This document shows, piece by piece, positions 1 to 8,465 of a stretch of 64,000 nt of DNA. The translations under genes and the position numbers were made by a program. Positions within the stretch are counted from its first letter, which is position 1, and the number at the start of each line of letters is the position of its first letter. This DNA is from a virus, in the IMG/VR virus record IMGVR_UViG_3300042691_051382; one strand, 5' to 3'. Below the pieces are notes generated by a model that saw only the letters and a program-made list of their open reading frames with translations, was not told the DNA's origin and searched no databases.

Positions 1-59
1 GAATATTGCAGCGAAGCAATAGATACAAGCGACGATATTGAAAATAAGGAGACTATTTG

Positions 60-350
60 ATGAGTATCAAGATTGTAAAGATGATCAACGGTGAAGAGCT
101 TATTGGTGACGTTGTAGATACGCTCGATGGAAAGATTGTGATCAAAGACCCAGTGACACTCGGAATGGTTGAACGCAATCAACTTGGGTTTATTGGTTAC
201 ATGCCGCATGCAAATCTCTCGGAAGGCATCACACTCGAACCCAGCAAAGTTATGTTTGTGGTTCCGGTGGATCCCAAGCTCGAAAACGAATACCAAGCAG
301 CTTTTGGAAAGGTTATTATTCCCAAGAAGGGCTTGACGCTAACCACGTAA
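60..350 (+). CDS. Conserved T4-like hypothetical protein (Sm-like fold suspected)
   Basis: AAGGAG RBS before ATG 60; the 'IKIVKMINGEELIG...IKDP' pattern is typical of small conserved T4-like phage proteins; resembles ORF 32245..32745. Confidence 0.65.
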   Translation: MSIKIVKMINGEELIGDVVDTLDGKIVIKDPVTLGMVERNQLGFIGYMPHANLSEGITLEPSKVMFVVPVDPKLENEYQAAFGKVIIPKKGLTLTT

Positions 351-384
351 TTCACAACTTTCACAACTTTCACATGAAAACAAC

Positions 385-411
385 AAAAAACTCGCCGTTT
401 GGCGAGTTTTT
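385..411. terminator. Bidirectional rho-independent terminator
   Basis: AAAAAA-CTCGCC-GTTT-GGCGAG-TTTTT between convergent genes. Confidence 0.85.
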
Positions 412-477
412 GCTTTAAAATAATTTTTTATTTTTTATTGAAACTTAGACAAATTTTTATATATAATCAATCTTGTT

Positions 478-765
478 TCAATCCGTTGTTTCGGGAGAAT
501 CGGTGGGTCTGCGTCTGCGACCGAAAGTTCTGCGTCTTTGACCAACTTTAAAAGATTGAACTATTCTTTGAATTGTTGGAACGCGATCGGGATTGAAAGT
601 TGGACTCAATCCTGCTCGACGACCACTGGCAAACGCACTAAAGATTCCATCGTGTTCGATATTGACTGGACCTTTAGTGAAATCTCTTACGATCGGAGTG
701 TTGTATCTTGGAGTGGGAGCAACGGGTTTTTGTTGTTCGGTTATGAATTGCTTGAAGCTTTTCAT
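478..765 (-). CDS. Putative capsid-internal protein (CTS-like N-terminus)
   Basis: Starts MKSFKQFITE, similar to the T4 internal-protein capsid-targeting sequence MKTYQEFIAE; Arg-rich C-terminus. Confidence 0.65.
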   Translation of the reverse strand: MKSFKQFITEQQKPVAPTPRYNTPIVRDFTKGPVNIEHDGIFSAFASGRRAGLSPTFNPDRVPTIQRIVQSFKVGQRRRTFGRRRRPTDSPETTD

Positions 766-1331
766 TTGCGACCTTTTCGTTTGGCCATAGCCTTGGCAAT
801 AGCACGACGACGTTTTGCAAGATACTTGTCGGTCTCGTCAACCTTGCCATCGTTGTTGATGTCGGCATTTTCTTTGCCAACCGGATCGAGTGCTTCTTCA
901 ACCGCACCCGGAGTGTTCTTGAGATAGTCGCGCACCGAGTTTATGTAGTCGTTGGCTTTGGTGATTTTGCTTTGAACCCAAGCTTCGAGTTTGGTGGTTG
1001 GCTTGAGCATCGATTCAACATCTTGAGCGTTGCTGATGATGTTGCGCAATTCGCTGCTAGCCATTTCGCCTTCGTAATCGTTTTCGGCACTGTACGATTC
1101 CTTTTTCAACAAACTCGCAAACACGTCAAAAGGAATTCCTGTATCCTTTTCAAAAGCAGTTCTTCTTTGACCAGTCAAATTCTTGCGTAATTCCCTACGT
1201 CGTTCGGGTGTTTGACCACCAGCGTTAATCTCCGCTTCAATTTTGCTTGCTTTTTTCTTGGATCTTGCGGCAATCGCACGATCACGTTCGGCTTGTGTGC
1301 TTTCGTTCAAGAAATCTTTGAAGTTTTTCAT
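762..1331 (-). CDS. Putative capsid-internal protein with a DxNxDG Ca-binding-like motif
   Basis: Starts MKNFKDFLNE; C-terminal 'DPVGKENADINNDGKVDETDKYLAKRRRAI' module. Confidence 0.65.
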   Translation of the reverse strand: MKNFKDFLNESTQAERDRAIAARSKKKASKIEAEINAGGQTPERRRELRKNLTGQRRTAFEKDTGIPFDVFASLLKKESYSAENDYEGEMASSELRNIISNAQDVESMLKPTTKLEAWVQSKITKANDYINSVRDYLKNTPGAVEEALDPVGKENADINNDGKVDETDKYLAKRRRAIAKAMAKRKGRK

Positions 1332-2275
1332 ACAGTTTCTCCGTTGTTGTCGATTTTCTGGCGAACTTTCTTTACAATATCACGAGTGTTGTCGCTTTGT
1401 ATTGTGCTGGCAAGACCCGGCTTGTATTCGCCAAAGATTTCAACTTTGGCGTTGGGATCCAAACGCTCTTTGATCTTCTGAACAAGCGTGACATTTTCGA
1501 TGTTGGCTTGTTCGAGTGTTCGCTTCTCACGATTTTCACGCACCACATGCCAAACGCCGATCGCCAAACACACCACAATGCTTGCGATGATAATAACAAT
1601 CGCAACAACCGCAATAGCCTTGAGATAATAAATCGCACCGGCAGCAAGAGCCAACGCAAGCACACCAAGACCCGCAATGCTCATACCCAGCTTTTTGTTC
1701 ACCAAGAAAGCCAACACCAGTCCCGAAATGATCGTGAGAAATCCCAAACCAAAGAAAAAGCTCAGTGTGGTGTACAGATTTTTAATTGCATCGTTTTGCA
1801 ATTTTTGTTTTTCGTTTTCAAGATTTGCTATAGTTTGTTGTAAATTTTGAACAGCTTGAGCGTCTTTTTGTATTTGAACGTTTTGTTTTTGAGCCAATTC
1901 AAGATTCGATTGTATCTTTTCGCTGTTGGCTTCGATTGCATTTGCATCTTCACGAATCTTTTGATTGTGATTGATGATTGCATCTACGCTGGTGATGATC
2001 GTAGCATCTTCGGTTTTTTCCACGATGCTCGCAGCGGTTTTGTTGGATTCGTCGGTGGTTGCGCGAATCGAATCGACCGATTGTTTGCTGGAAGCGTTGG
2101 CTTCACCGATTTTTGCGATCGAGTCGGACTGAATAATTGCCGACGAGCTGATGCTCTGAGCAGTGTTGTCGTTTATTGGTTTTATCGTTGGAGTTTCAAC
2201 TTCTCCGCGCCAAGAACATCCTACATTCAAGCAAAGTGCCGAAAGCACAAACAAAGCCATAAAAAAGGTTTTCAT
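1328..2275 (-). CDS. Putative lipoprotein with coiled coil and ~3 transmembrane helices
   Basis: Hydrophobic signal peptide ending LNVG-C; Q/N/S/A-rich heptad region; three hydrophobic segments near the C-terminus. Confidence 0.65.
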   Translation of the reverse strand: MKTFFMALFVLSALCLNVGCSWRGEVETPTIKPINDNTAQSISSSAIIQSDSIAKIGEANASSKQSVDSIRATTDESNKTAASIVEKTEDATIITSVDAIINHNQKIREDANAIEANSEKIQSNLELAQKQNVQIQKDAQAVQNLQQTIANLENEKQKLQNDAIKNLYTTLSFFFGLGFLTIISGLVLAFLVNKKLGMSIAGLGVLALALAAGAIYYLKAIAVVAIVIIIASIVVCLAIGVWHVVRENREKRTLEQANIENVTLVQKIKERLDPNAKVEIFGEYKPGLASTIQSDNTRDIVKKVRQKIDNNGETV

Positions 2276-2961
2276 ATTGTTTGATCTCCTGGTTTGTTGG
2301 TGGTATTGCGTCGTGTTTGAAACGTGGTGACGCGATATTGCGCAAGAGGATCTTTGGTTCCAATAAACTTTGTGTCGTTTCCGATGTCTTTAGGCTTGCC
2401 TTCCATTTTTGCAAGTTTGCTGTAGTACTTTGGATCTTCGTACACATGATCCATCGCAATCTTCATGGCTGTTTTCTTGTTGTCGGTGTGCTCTTTTTCG
2501 ACCTTGATTCCCATTTGAATTTGCTTGGTGATCTTTTCGAGACTCACACCATGACGATCGGCTATGTCTTGCGGAGTCATTCCGGCAGCAACACCCTTCA
2601 AGGTTGCGCTGGTGAGCGGAGCTGGTCCGGCTGGAGGATTGATGCCTGCAATGTTTTCGCCACTACCAACAGCATTTGTTGGTGCTTCTTCTTCGATATC
2701 GTCGTGATAACCTTCTTTTTCGTCTTTTACGTTCAATGCTTTTTGAGCCGCAAGTTCGGCTTGTTGCTGCGTATCGAATTGTTTTTCGCCGATCTTTTTG
2801 TTCATGTGCATTGCAGCATGAGCAGCAGCATGCTTGCGTATTTCTTGATCGTCGCCATCCGAGGTGGTAAAGTGAACCGAATAAGTACCGTTTTTGTTTT
2901 GAACAATATGATAATTGGTCATATCAAGGTGCGATTCGATCAAATACTTTTTAAAGCTCAT
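2272..2961 (-). CDS. DUF5661-like protein with CTS-like N-terminus
   Basis: GGAG RBS, start MSFKKYLIE; motif GIKVEKEHT...IAMDHVYEDPKYYSKL. Confidence 0.7.
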   Translation of the reverse strand: MSFKKYLIESHLDMTNYHIVQNKNGTYSVHFTTSDGDDQEIRKHAAAHAAMHMNKKIGEKQFDTQQQAELAAQKALNVKDEKEGYHDDIEEEAPTNAVGSGENIAGINPPAGPAPLTSATLKGVAAGMTPQDIADRHGVSLEKITKQIQMGIKVEKEHTDNKKTAMKIAMDHVYEDPKYYSKLAKMEGKPKDIGNDTKFIGTKDPLAQYRVTTFQTRRNTTNKPGDQTI

Positions 2962-2980
2962 ATGTTCTCCAATATTAAGA

Positions 2981-3763
2981 TTATTCACCATATTTTTCAT
3001 TCAAACGCATTCTAAGGTTGGTGTATCCGTTTGTTGGTTGTATCGATTCGATTGCTTGTTCAACCAATTCAAATTCTTGGTCGTTCAATTGCGAAACAAA
3101 AGCGTTGAATTCTTGTTCGTTGAGTTGCGACATCGTAGAAATCAACTCCGAGTATTCGTAACTCGAAGTCAAACCACTTCGTCTTCCAGATTTAAAGCGA
3201 TCCGCCAACTTGGAAGTTCCGGAACGAAACTTTTGGTACAACGAAGACACTGCCGATGGAACTGCCGATGGAGTTGCTTTGATTGCTCGACCCGCTGCTT
3301 TTGCGGTTGCAATACCGGCACCCGCTACGTTTGCTGCTGCTGTTGGCACTTGTTTGGCGGTTGCAATACCGGCACCAACAGCCATAGATCCTACTTTTCT
3401 TGCCACACCATACGCACCACCCAACGCTCTTCCCACAAGAACATTTCCGATGCTTCGGGTGTGTCCGGTGAATGCTCGTTCGCCCGCACGAGCAGCACTC
3501 GCTACAGTGGCAGGAGCAATGCCCATTTCTTCGGCACTTTTTTGCAGTTGTTTCGCTCGTATCTTGTCTTTTAATGCTTGTTCTTCGGCTGCTTTTGCGG
3601 CAAGAGCTTCGGCTTTGGCTGCTTCGGCTTCAGCCTTGGCTGCATCTTCGGCTTCTTTTGCTGCTTTCTTTTTTTCTTCTTCGGCTTTTTTAGCCGCAGC
3701 CTCGGCAGCAGCTTCGGCTGCGGCGGTGCTAGCATCTTCGTAGAATCGATGAAACTTCTTCAT
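2981..3763 (-). CDS. Ala/Lys/Glu-rich putative internal virion protein
   Basis: AAGGA RBS, start MKKFHRFYE; low-complexity AEAAAK helix; C-terminal 'QLNEQEF' module. Confidence 0.6.
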   Translation of the reverse strand: MKKFHRFYEDASTAAAEAAAEAAAKKAEEEKKKAAKEAEDAAKAEAEAAKAEALAAKAAEEQALKDKIRAKQLQKSAEEMGIAPATVASAARAGERAFTGHTRSIGNVLVGRALGGAYGVARKVGSMAVGAGIATAKQVPTAAANVAGAGIATAKAAGRAIKATPSAVPSAVSSLYQKFRSGTSKLADRFKSGRRSGLTSSYEYSELISTMSQLNEQEFNAFVSQLNDQEFELVEQAIESIQPTNGYTNLRMRLNEKYGE

Positions 3764-3774
3764 CAAAATTCCTT

Positions 3775-4863
3775 TCAAGCGGTCGTGGGGCGCATGCGAT
3801 TGTATACTGGTCTGGCGATTGCCTTGCCGGTCGCAACACCCGCACCGTAAAGGTTTGCACCACCACGCAAAGTGGCTCCGTAGCCTCTGCCAGCAAGTTC
3901 AGCGGTACCCTTGGCGATATCGCCACCAATTTGACGTGCTCGCTTGGCGTAGTAAGCCGCACCTTCGCCTGCATCGCTAAGCATGATGTTGGTGTGCTTG
4001 CGTTGATCTTCTTTCCATTTTTGCCACCAGCTCTTTGGTTTTTCGGCTGGAGCTTCCACTGGTTTTTCCGCAGGCTTTTCTGCGGTTTTTTCCGCAGGCT
4101 TTTCTTCGGGTTTTTCGGCTGGCTTTTCAATCGGTTTGAGATTGTACTTGGACACAAGCGGAGAAGTTTTGTCTTTCGAGAACAGATTGGCTTTTTGTGC
4201 TTCGCCGCTTTCTCCCTTGAGTTTGGCTTCGGTTTCTGCCTTCTTTTTGCCGAGTTCTTGATATTTCTTAAACTGATCCAATGTCAATGTTGGTTTTTTA
4301 CCCGGAGAAGTTTTGGATTTGACATCTTTTTCAAAAGCAGAAATTTCTTTCTTGGTGCCAGCCAATTCTCCTCCGGTTTTTCCGGCTTTTTCAAGTGCAG
4401 CGATTCGTGATTTGGTTTTTTCGATGCTGCTTTTGAGAGCAGTGATCTGAGAAAGATCGTCCGGCTTGGCTGCAGCCAAACGACGTTGAAGTTCGCCCAG
4501 CAACTTCTTGGAAACGTCGATCTGAGCTTCAATCAAAAACATTTCGCTCAAGCTGTCGAATTGTTCAAACAAACATTTGGATTGCGAACGATATTCAAGC
4601 ATCGAATCCATTGCATCCGATACGCTTTCAAAAATATCATCAACGCGCTGACGATCGTATACGTTCAAAGAATTCATGAAGAACGAAAATTGCTGTTCGT
4701 TCATTTGATACACATCGTCCATCAAATCAACCACAAGATACGATGGCTCGGTTCCAAACAAACGCTGATTGCGAACTTCCTGAATTCTCTTGTTGGAACG
4801 GTTGTTCTTTTCGGCGATGTTGAAAATATGATTGCGCATCATCGACATGTGGTTGCTTTTCAT
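3775..4863 (-). CDS. Hypothetical protein (putative internal virion protein, EKPA repeats)
   Basis: 362-aa ORF in the operon; acidic N-terminal half, Lys-rich C-terminal half, EKPAEKP repeats. Confidence 0.6.
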   Translation of the reverse strand: MKSNHMSMMRNHIFNIAEKNNRSNKRIQEVRNQRLFGTEPSYLVVDLMDDVYQMNEQQFSFFMNSLNVYDRQRVDDIFESVSDAMDSMLEYRSQSKCLFEQFDSLSEMFLIEAQIDVSKKLLGELQRRLAAAKPDDLSQITALKSSIEKTKSRIAALEKAGKTGGELAGTKKEISAFEKDVKSKTSPGKKPTLTLDQFKKYQELGKKKAETEAKLKGESGEAQKANLFSKDKTSPLVSKYNLKPIEKPAEKPEEKPAEKTAEKPAEKPVEAPAEKPKSWWQKWKEDQRKHTNIMLSDAGEGAAYYAKRARQIGGDIAKGTAELAGRGYGATLRGGANLYGAGVATGKAIARPVYNRMRPTTA

Positions 4864-4867
4864 TGGG

Positions 4868-5257
4868 TTAAATCCTTCTTAAACGTTCCACCAGGGTTTC
4901 GTCTAATGGAATGAGATTCATTTCTAAATCCCATTCACCGTAGTTATGATTCTCTTTTATATAATTCAAAAATATTAAAATAGTTTTTAACTGCGAATGA
5001 TATTCTTTATCTATTTTCCAAAAAAGTATTCGTGTGGCTGGTTCGATACCAAATACGTTGTACAACAATATTGTGTGATTCAAAACCAACTGTTCGCGAA
5101 TTTCTCCTGATTTCTTGTATTTCTTAAAAAGTCTTTTGAGATATATTATTGCGGACAAATCCTGATAAAACTCTTCCATGCTCACACATTGAGGATTATC
5201 ATAGTGCTTGATTGCGTACAACAAAAAATTATCATCATCAAGTTTTTTGAATTTCAT
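4868..5257 (-). CDS. Conserved T4-like phage hypothetical protein
   Basis: 'NFLLYAIKHYDNPQC...EEFYQDL...YLKRLF...LVLNHTILLYNVFG' family motif, widespread in marine/freshwater T4-like phages. Confidence 0.8.
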   Translation of the reverse strand: MKFKKLDDDNFLLYAIKHYDNPQCVSMEEFYQDLSAIIYLKRLFKKYKKSGEIREQLVLNHTILLYNVFGIEPATRILFWKIDKEYHSQLKTILIFLNYIKENHNYGEWDLEMNLIPLDETLVERLRRI

Positions 5258-5271
5258 AAATCATAATATAT

Positions 5272-6012
5272 TTATTGACCCGGCGTGATGCTTCTCAGAC
5301 GACCGATTATGCTGGCGACCTTGTCGGTAGTTTGCACATCGGCGACTGTATCGTCGCTGGCACCTTGCTTTGGAAGTACAGTTGTCATACCAGTCATCTG
5401 TGTGGTGTAGTTTTCGTTTTTAGACATCGCATCACGCATGGTGTTGATTGCTTGTTTCATCATGCTCGGAACGTTCAATTCTCCCGAGTTGTTGGAATCC
5501 GAAGTTACAACTTTGGCCACAACCGTAGTCATACCATTCGGAGTGTCTTGGTACACAACACGAAGTTTGAGACCATGACCCAATCGATGCGAGATGTTGT
5601 CGTCGTAACCAATTTTTCCGGTGTTGTCGAGAACACCAAAACGACCACCCAAATAAGAAAGTGGGTATTCGTTTGTGGTTGTGCCCTCGCCACCATCCGG
5701 AACATCGTTGGTTCCGTAACGAGATCTACCACCCAAGTCGCTGGTTGGAATGCTAAACTGCAATCCAATCATCGACAACTTTTTCTGGATTTGACGAAGA
5801 ACGCTATTTGGATCCAAAACAGGTTTTGCGCCAGCCGCACCAAGATAAGTGTTGATGCGACGAACATTGTCGGGACGAGCAAGATCGAAAATTGCCACAT
5901 CCGCTTGGTCTACTTCGTTGTTGCCTCCGAGTGGACCAACACGATACTTGGCATCATAGTAACTTTCCGAATCTTCATTTAATTTTTCGCGAAGATCTTT
6001 GTAACGTTTCAT
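5272..6012 (-). CDS. Hypothetical protein (putative virion protein)
   Basis: GAGGA RBS, start MKRYKDLREKLNE. Confidence 0.65.
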   Translation of the reverse strand: MKRYKDLREKLNEDSESYYDAKYRVGPLGGNNEVDQADVAIFDLARPDNVRRINTYLGAAGAKPVLDPNSVLRQIQKKLSMIGLQFSIPTSDLGGRSRYGTNDVPDGGEGTTTNEYPLSYLGGRFGVLDNTGKIGYDDNISHRLGHGLKLRVVYQDTPNGMTTVVAKVVTSDSNNSGELNVPSMMKQAINTMRDAMSKNENYTTQMTGMTTVLPKQGASDDTVADVQTTDKVASIIGRLRSITPGQ

Positions 6013-6020
6013 CGGTTTCC

Positions 6021-6974
6021 TCAATAAGAAGTGCCGCTAGTGATCGAGAGCGTAAAGTCTACAGTTCCGGTTGCTCCACCCGAAGCGCGACCGTCAAACA
6101 CACTGAGACGCAAGCTGTAGTTTCCGGTTACGGCAGCTGGAGCCACAACCAAAACGGCTGCACCTTGAGTGATACCACCCCAACCGCCGTAACGGTTCAC
6201 AACATAAGAAGTTGCGGTAGCAGGATCCCAATAGGAACCAGCAGCGGTCATACCAACGAGAGTTGTTGGCTGATTGAATACCAACAGCTGACGAGCAGCA
6301 AGACCCGAACCGGCAGTGAGAGCAAGTGTTCCAGCCGTGGCTTGAATGGTGTTGTAAAGGAACGCCAAAGTGCCAGATGTGAATCCAGGTCCGAAAGTGA
6401 GGCTCAAACCCGTAAGACCGCTGCTTGTTGACGCGGTACCAAGAGCAAACGTGAAAAGTTTTGGTTCATCGGTGTAGTTTGCATCCGAAGCGATTACAGG
6501 AATGTAGCTGGTGATGCCCTTGGTAGCATAAACAATCGTACCAGGAGTGGTGTTGGTGAGACCCGAAGCCGGAGCCGTAATGTATGGCTTGTAATTGGGT
6601 GTGTCACCACCAGCGGTTGCACCGTAAATTCCGTTGGTTCCACCGGTTCCACTGAATGCGCTGACTTCGCCACGCTTTTCACCGGCTGGCAAACCAGCAA
6701 GATAATCGTTGGTCACGCCAGCGGCAGAAGGATCCATAGGCATGGCAACAAGCAATTCGGTCATACCAACAAAGTTTGGCGAGCGGTACAGGTAAGGAAT
6801 ACCAGTGGTACCGTTGCTGGTCAAACCGAAAACGTTTTCGGCTGTGTTGGTGAAACCTTGACCCGCAAGCGGAATTTCCCATCCGCGAACGGTACGGAAG
6901 CACTGACGCTTCTGTTCTTCGGTGAGCCAACTTGGTTTGCTGCTTTCTGAGTCTTTATTGTTCCAGAGGGGCAT
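6021..6974 (-). CDS. Putative virion structural protein, G/T/A-rich
   Basis: MPLWNNKD start resembles the 'M(A/P)LWG' T4-like virion proteins; many GxT motifs; AAGGAG RBS. Confidence 0.65.
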   Translation of the reverse strand: MPLWNNKDSESSKPSWLTEEQKRQCFRTVRGWEIPLAGQGFTNTAENVFGLTSNGTTGIPYLYRSPNFVGMTELLVAMPMDPSAAGVTNDYLAGLPAGEKRGEVSAFSGTGGTNGIYGATAGGDTPNYKPYITAPASGLTNTTPGTIVYATKGITSYIPVIASDANYTDEPKLFTFALGTASTSSGLTGLSLTFGPGFTSGTLAFLYNTIQATAGTLALTAGSGLAARQLLVFNQPTTLVGMTAAGSYWDPATATSYVVNRYGGWGGITQGAAVLVVAPAAVTGNYSLRLSVFDGRASGGATGTVDFTLSITSGTSY

Positions 6975-7011
6975 CTAGAAATCTCCTTGGTTATTTTTGT
7001 TTGTCTGTTAG

Positions 7012-7737
7012 TTAAATGATTTCTGCTTCAACAAGCGCACGGTAAAGATCTTCGGCTTGCTGTTCCGAAAGCATGCCACCTTCACCAACAGTTACAATAT
7101 CAAAATATGCACTCAATTCTTGTTCGTTGAGTTCGGAAAGTGCTTGGACGAGTTGCGAGTAATCGACCGAATCTTGCATCGGCTCTGGACCCTTGTGCAC
7201 AAGAGGAACTTTACCGGTTGATTTTTTTTCTGGTTGTGGTTGTGGTTGCTTGTGTCCCAAACGAACTCCGGCTTGTCTGGCCATGAGGCGCATAGTTTCA
7301 CCAAAGCTTCTTTTTTTGGCTTCGTTGGTGAGTTCGGGTTCAAGCTTTTTCTTTGCTCGATTGATCATTCCGCCAACGGTATCCGAAGCGATTTTTGCTG
7401 CCGCTTGTTGTACCGCTGGATTTTTAGCGGCTTGCATAGCCACGCGTCCAATTGCACCAACAATCGGCGCAGCTTCGTTGAAAGCAGTGTATTCCACTGC
7501 GCGTTCAAAATTGACAATCACTTGCGAATCAACGTCTTTAATGTCCATAACTTGATCGATATGCCATTCGATGATGGCTTTGCGATCTTCTCGTGTGGGA
7601 CACATCACATAATCACGCGCCGCTTCTGCCACAATTTCTTGCAGCTCGGATGGAAGTTCAAAATCCGAATTGGTTGTGCCAAGCAAGTTGGCAACTTCGT
7701 TGATAAGCGACTTGGGCAAATTATGATTATTAAACAT
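7012..7737 (-). CDS. Hypothetical protein (putative internal virion protein)
   Basis: Late promoter and AAGGA RBS upstream; several (L/I/F)xE sites; C-terminal 'ELNEQEL' module. Confidence 0.65.
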   Translation of the reverse strand: MFNNHNLPKSLINEVANLLGTTNSDFELPSELQEIVAEAARDYVMCPTREDRKAIIEWHIDQVMDIKDVDSQVIVNFERAVEYTAFNEAAPIVGAIGRVAMQAAKNPAVQQAAAKIASDTVGGMINRAKKKLEPELTNEAKKRSFGETMRLMARQAGVRLGHKQPQPQPEKKSTGKVPLVHKGPEPMQDSVDYSQLVQALSELNEQELSAYFDIVTVGEGGMLSEQQAEDLYRALVEAEII

Positions 7738-7765
7738 TGGTTTTCCTTGTGATTTTACTCTTATT

Positions 7766-7773
7766 TATTTATA
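7766..7773 (-). promoter_or_regulatory. T4-type late promoter TATAAATA
   Basis: Exact TATAAATA on the minus strand (within the palindrome TATTTATAAATA) upstream of 7737; gp55 is present in the window. Confidence 0.75.
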
Positions 7774-7784
7774 AATATCTGAAT

Positions 7785-8462
7785 TTAACCTTTTGATGGA
7801 TTGTGACCCCATACTTTGAGAGCCAGCAACTTGCGGGTGGGTCTGCCTTGTTCGTCGCGCAACTTTCCGGGATTTCCTCGCATGCGACTGATAAAGTTTA
7901 TTTGCTTGCGCATCCATCGAATGTCGCTTGCATCCCATTCGCTGAACGGTTTGCTCTTCATTCGGATGATTGCTCGTGCGCTGTCGCGACCGCTTGTGAT
8001 TCTGCCGCCACCAGCACCTGCTGTGGAAGCTTCTTTACGACTGAGACCTGCTTTTTTACCGTCTTGACTGTCCAAAAAGGCTTGTATTTCCTTGGCACCC
8101 ATGTTTACCAATTGCTTCCAACGCTTGTAATCGCGACGATTGCGTTCTTCTTCGGCACTTTCGCGAATCGACTGCGATTGTCCGGGAGTCATGGTAGAAT
8201 AAGCGTTCACCGACGATGATGTACCCCATTCACGATCCGAAGGAGTTGTGCTGGCTGCTGGTTGGTTGGAATACGAACCACCGCCACCGCATCCTTGATC
8301 CATATAATTGATCATTTTTTCATCGGTCTTTTGCTGCGACTTGTTTTTGCTTTTTCCGGACAATTTCGCAAGCAACGGAGCCAAAGCACGCAAAACACCC
8401 GAAGGCAATTGACTCACGGCTCCGGATTTTACACTCATCTCGGCTAAGTATTTATGCTTCAT
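7785..8462 (-). CDS. DUF3140-like domain protein
   Basis: 'LVNM..KEI..FL...SGRDSARAII...WMRKQI.FISR...LKVWGHNP' matches the DUF3140 pattern; true start may be ATG 8438. Confidence 0.65.
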   Translation of the reverse strand: MKHKYLAEMSVKSGAVSQLPSGVLRALAPLLAKLSGKSKNKSQQKTDEKMINYMDQGCGGGGSYSNQPAASTTPSDREWGTSSSVNAYSTMTPGQSQSIRESAEEERNRRDYKRWKQLVNMGAKEIQAFLDSQDGKKAGLSRKEASTAGAGGGRITSGRDSARAIIRMKSKPFSEWDASDIRWMRKQINFISRMRGNPGKLRDEQGRPTRKLLALKVWGHNPSKG

Positions 8463-8465
8463 AAA

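Noticed and set aside
351-374. Tandem 9-mer TTCACAACT x2.7 after the first gene
   Set aside because: Too short to support a function; may be a slippage duplication next to the terminator.
4040-4135. Repetitive DNA within ORF 3775..4863
   Set aside because: Encodes an EKPA low-complexity linker; not an independent repeat element.
8438-8462. MKHKYLAE as another capsid-targeting sequence
   Set aside because: The HKY codons are the late-promoter-like CATAAATA itself, so the real start may be the downstream ATG; not counted.
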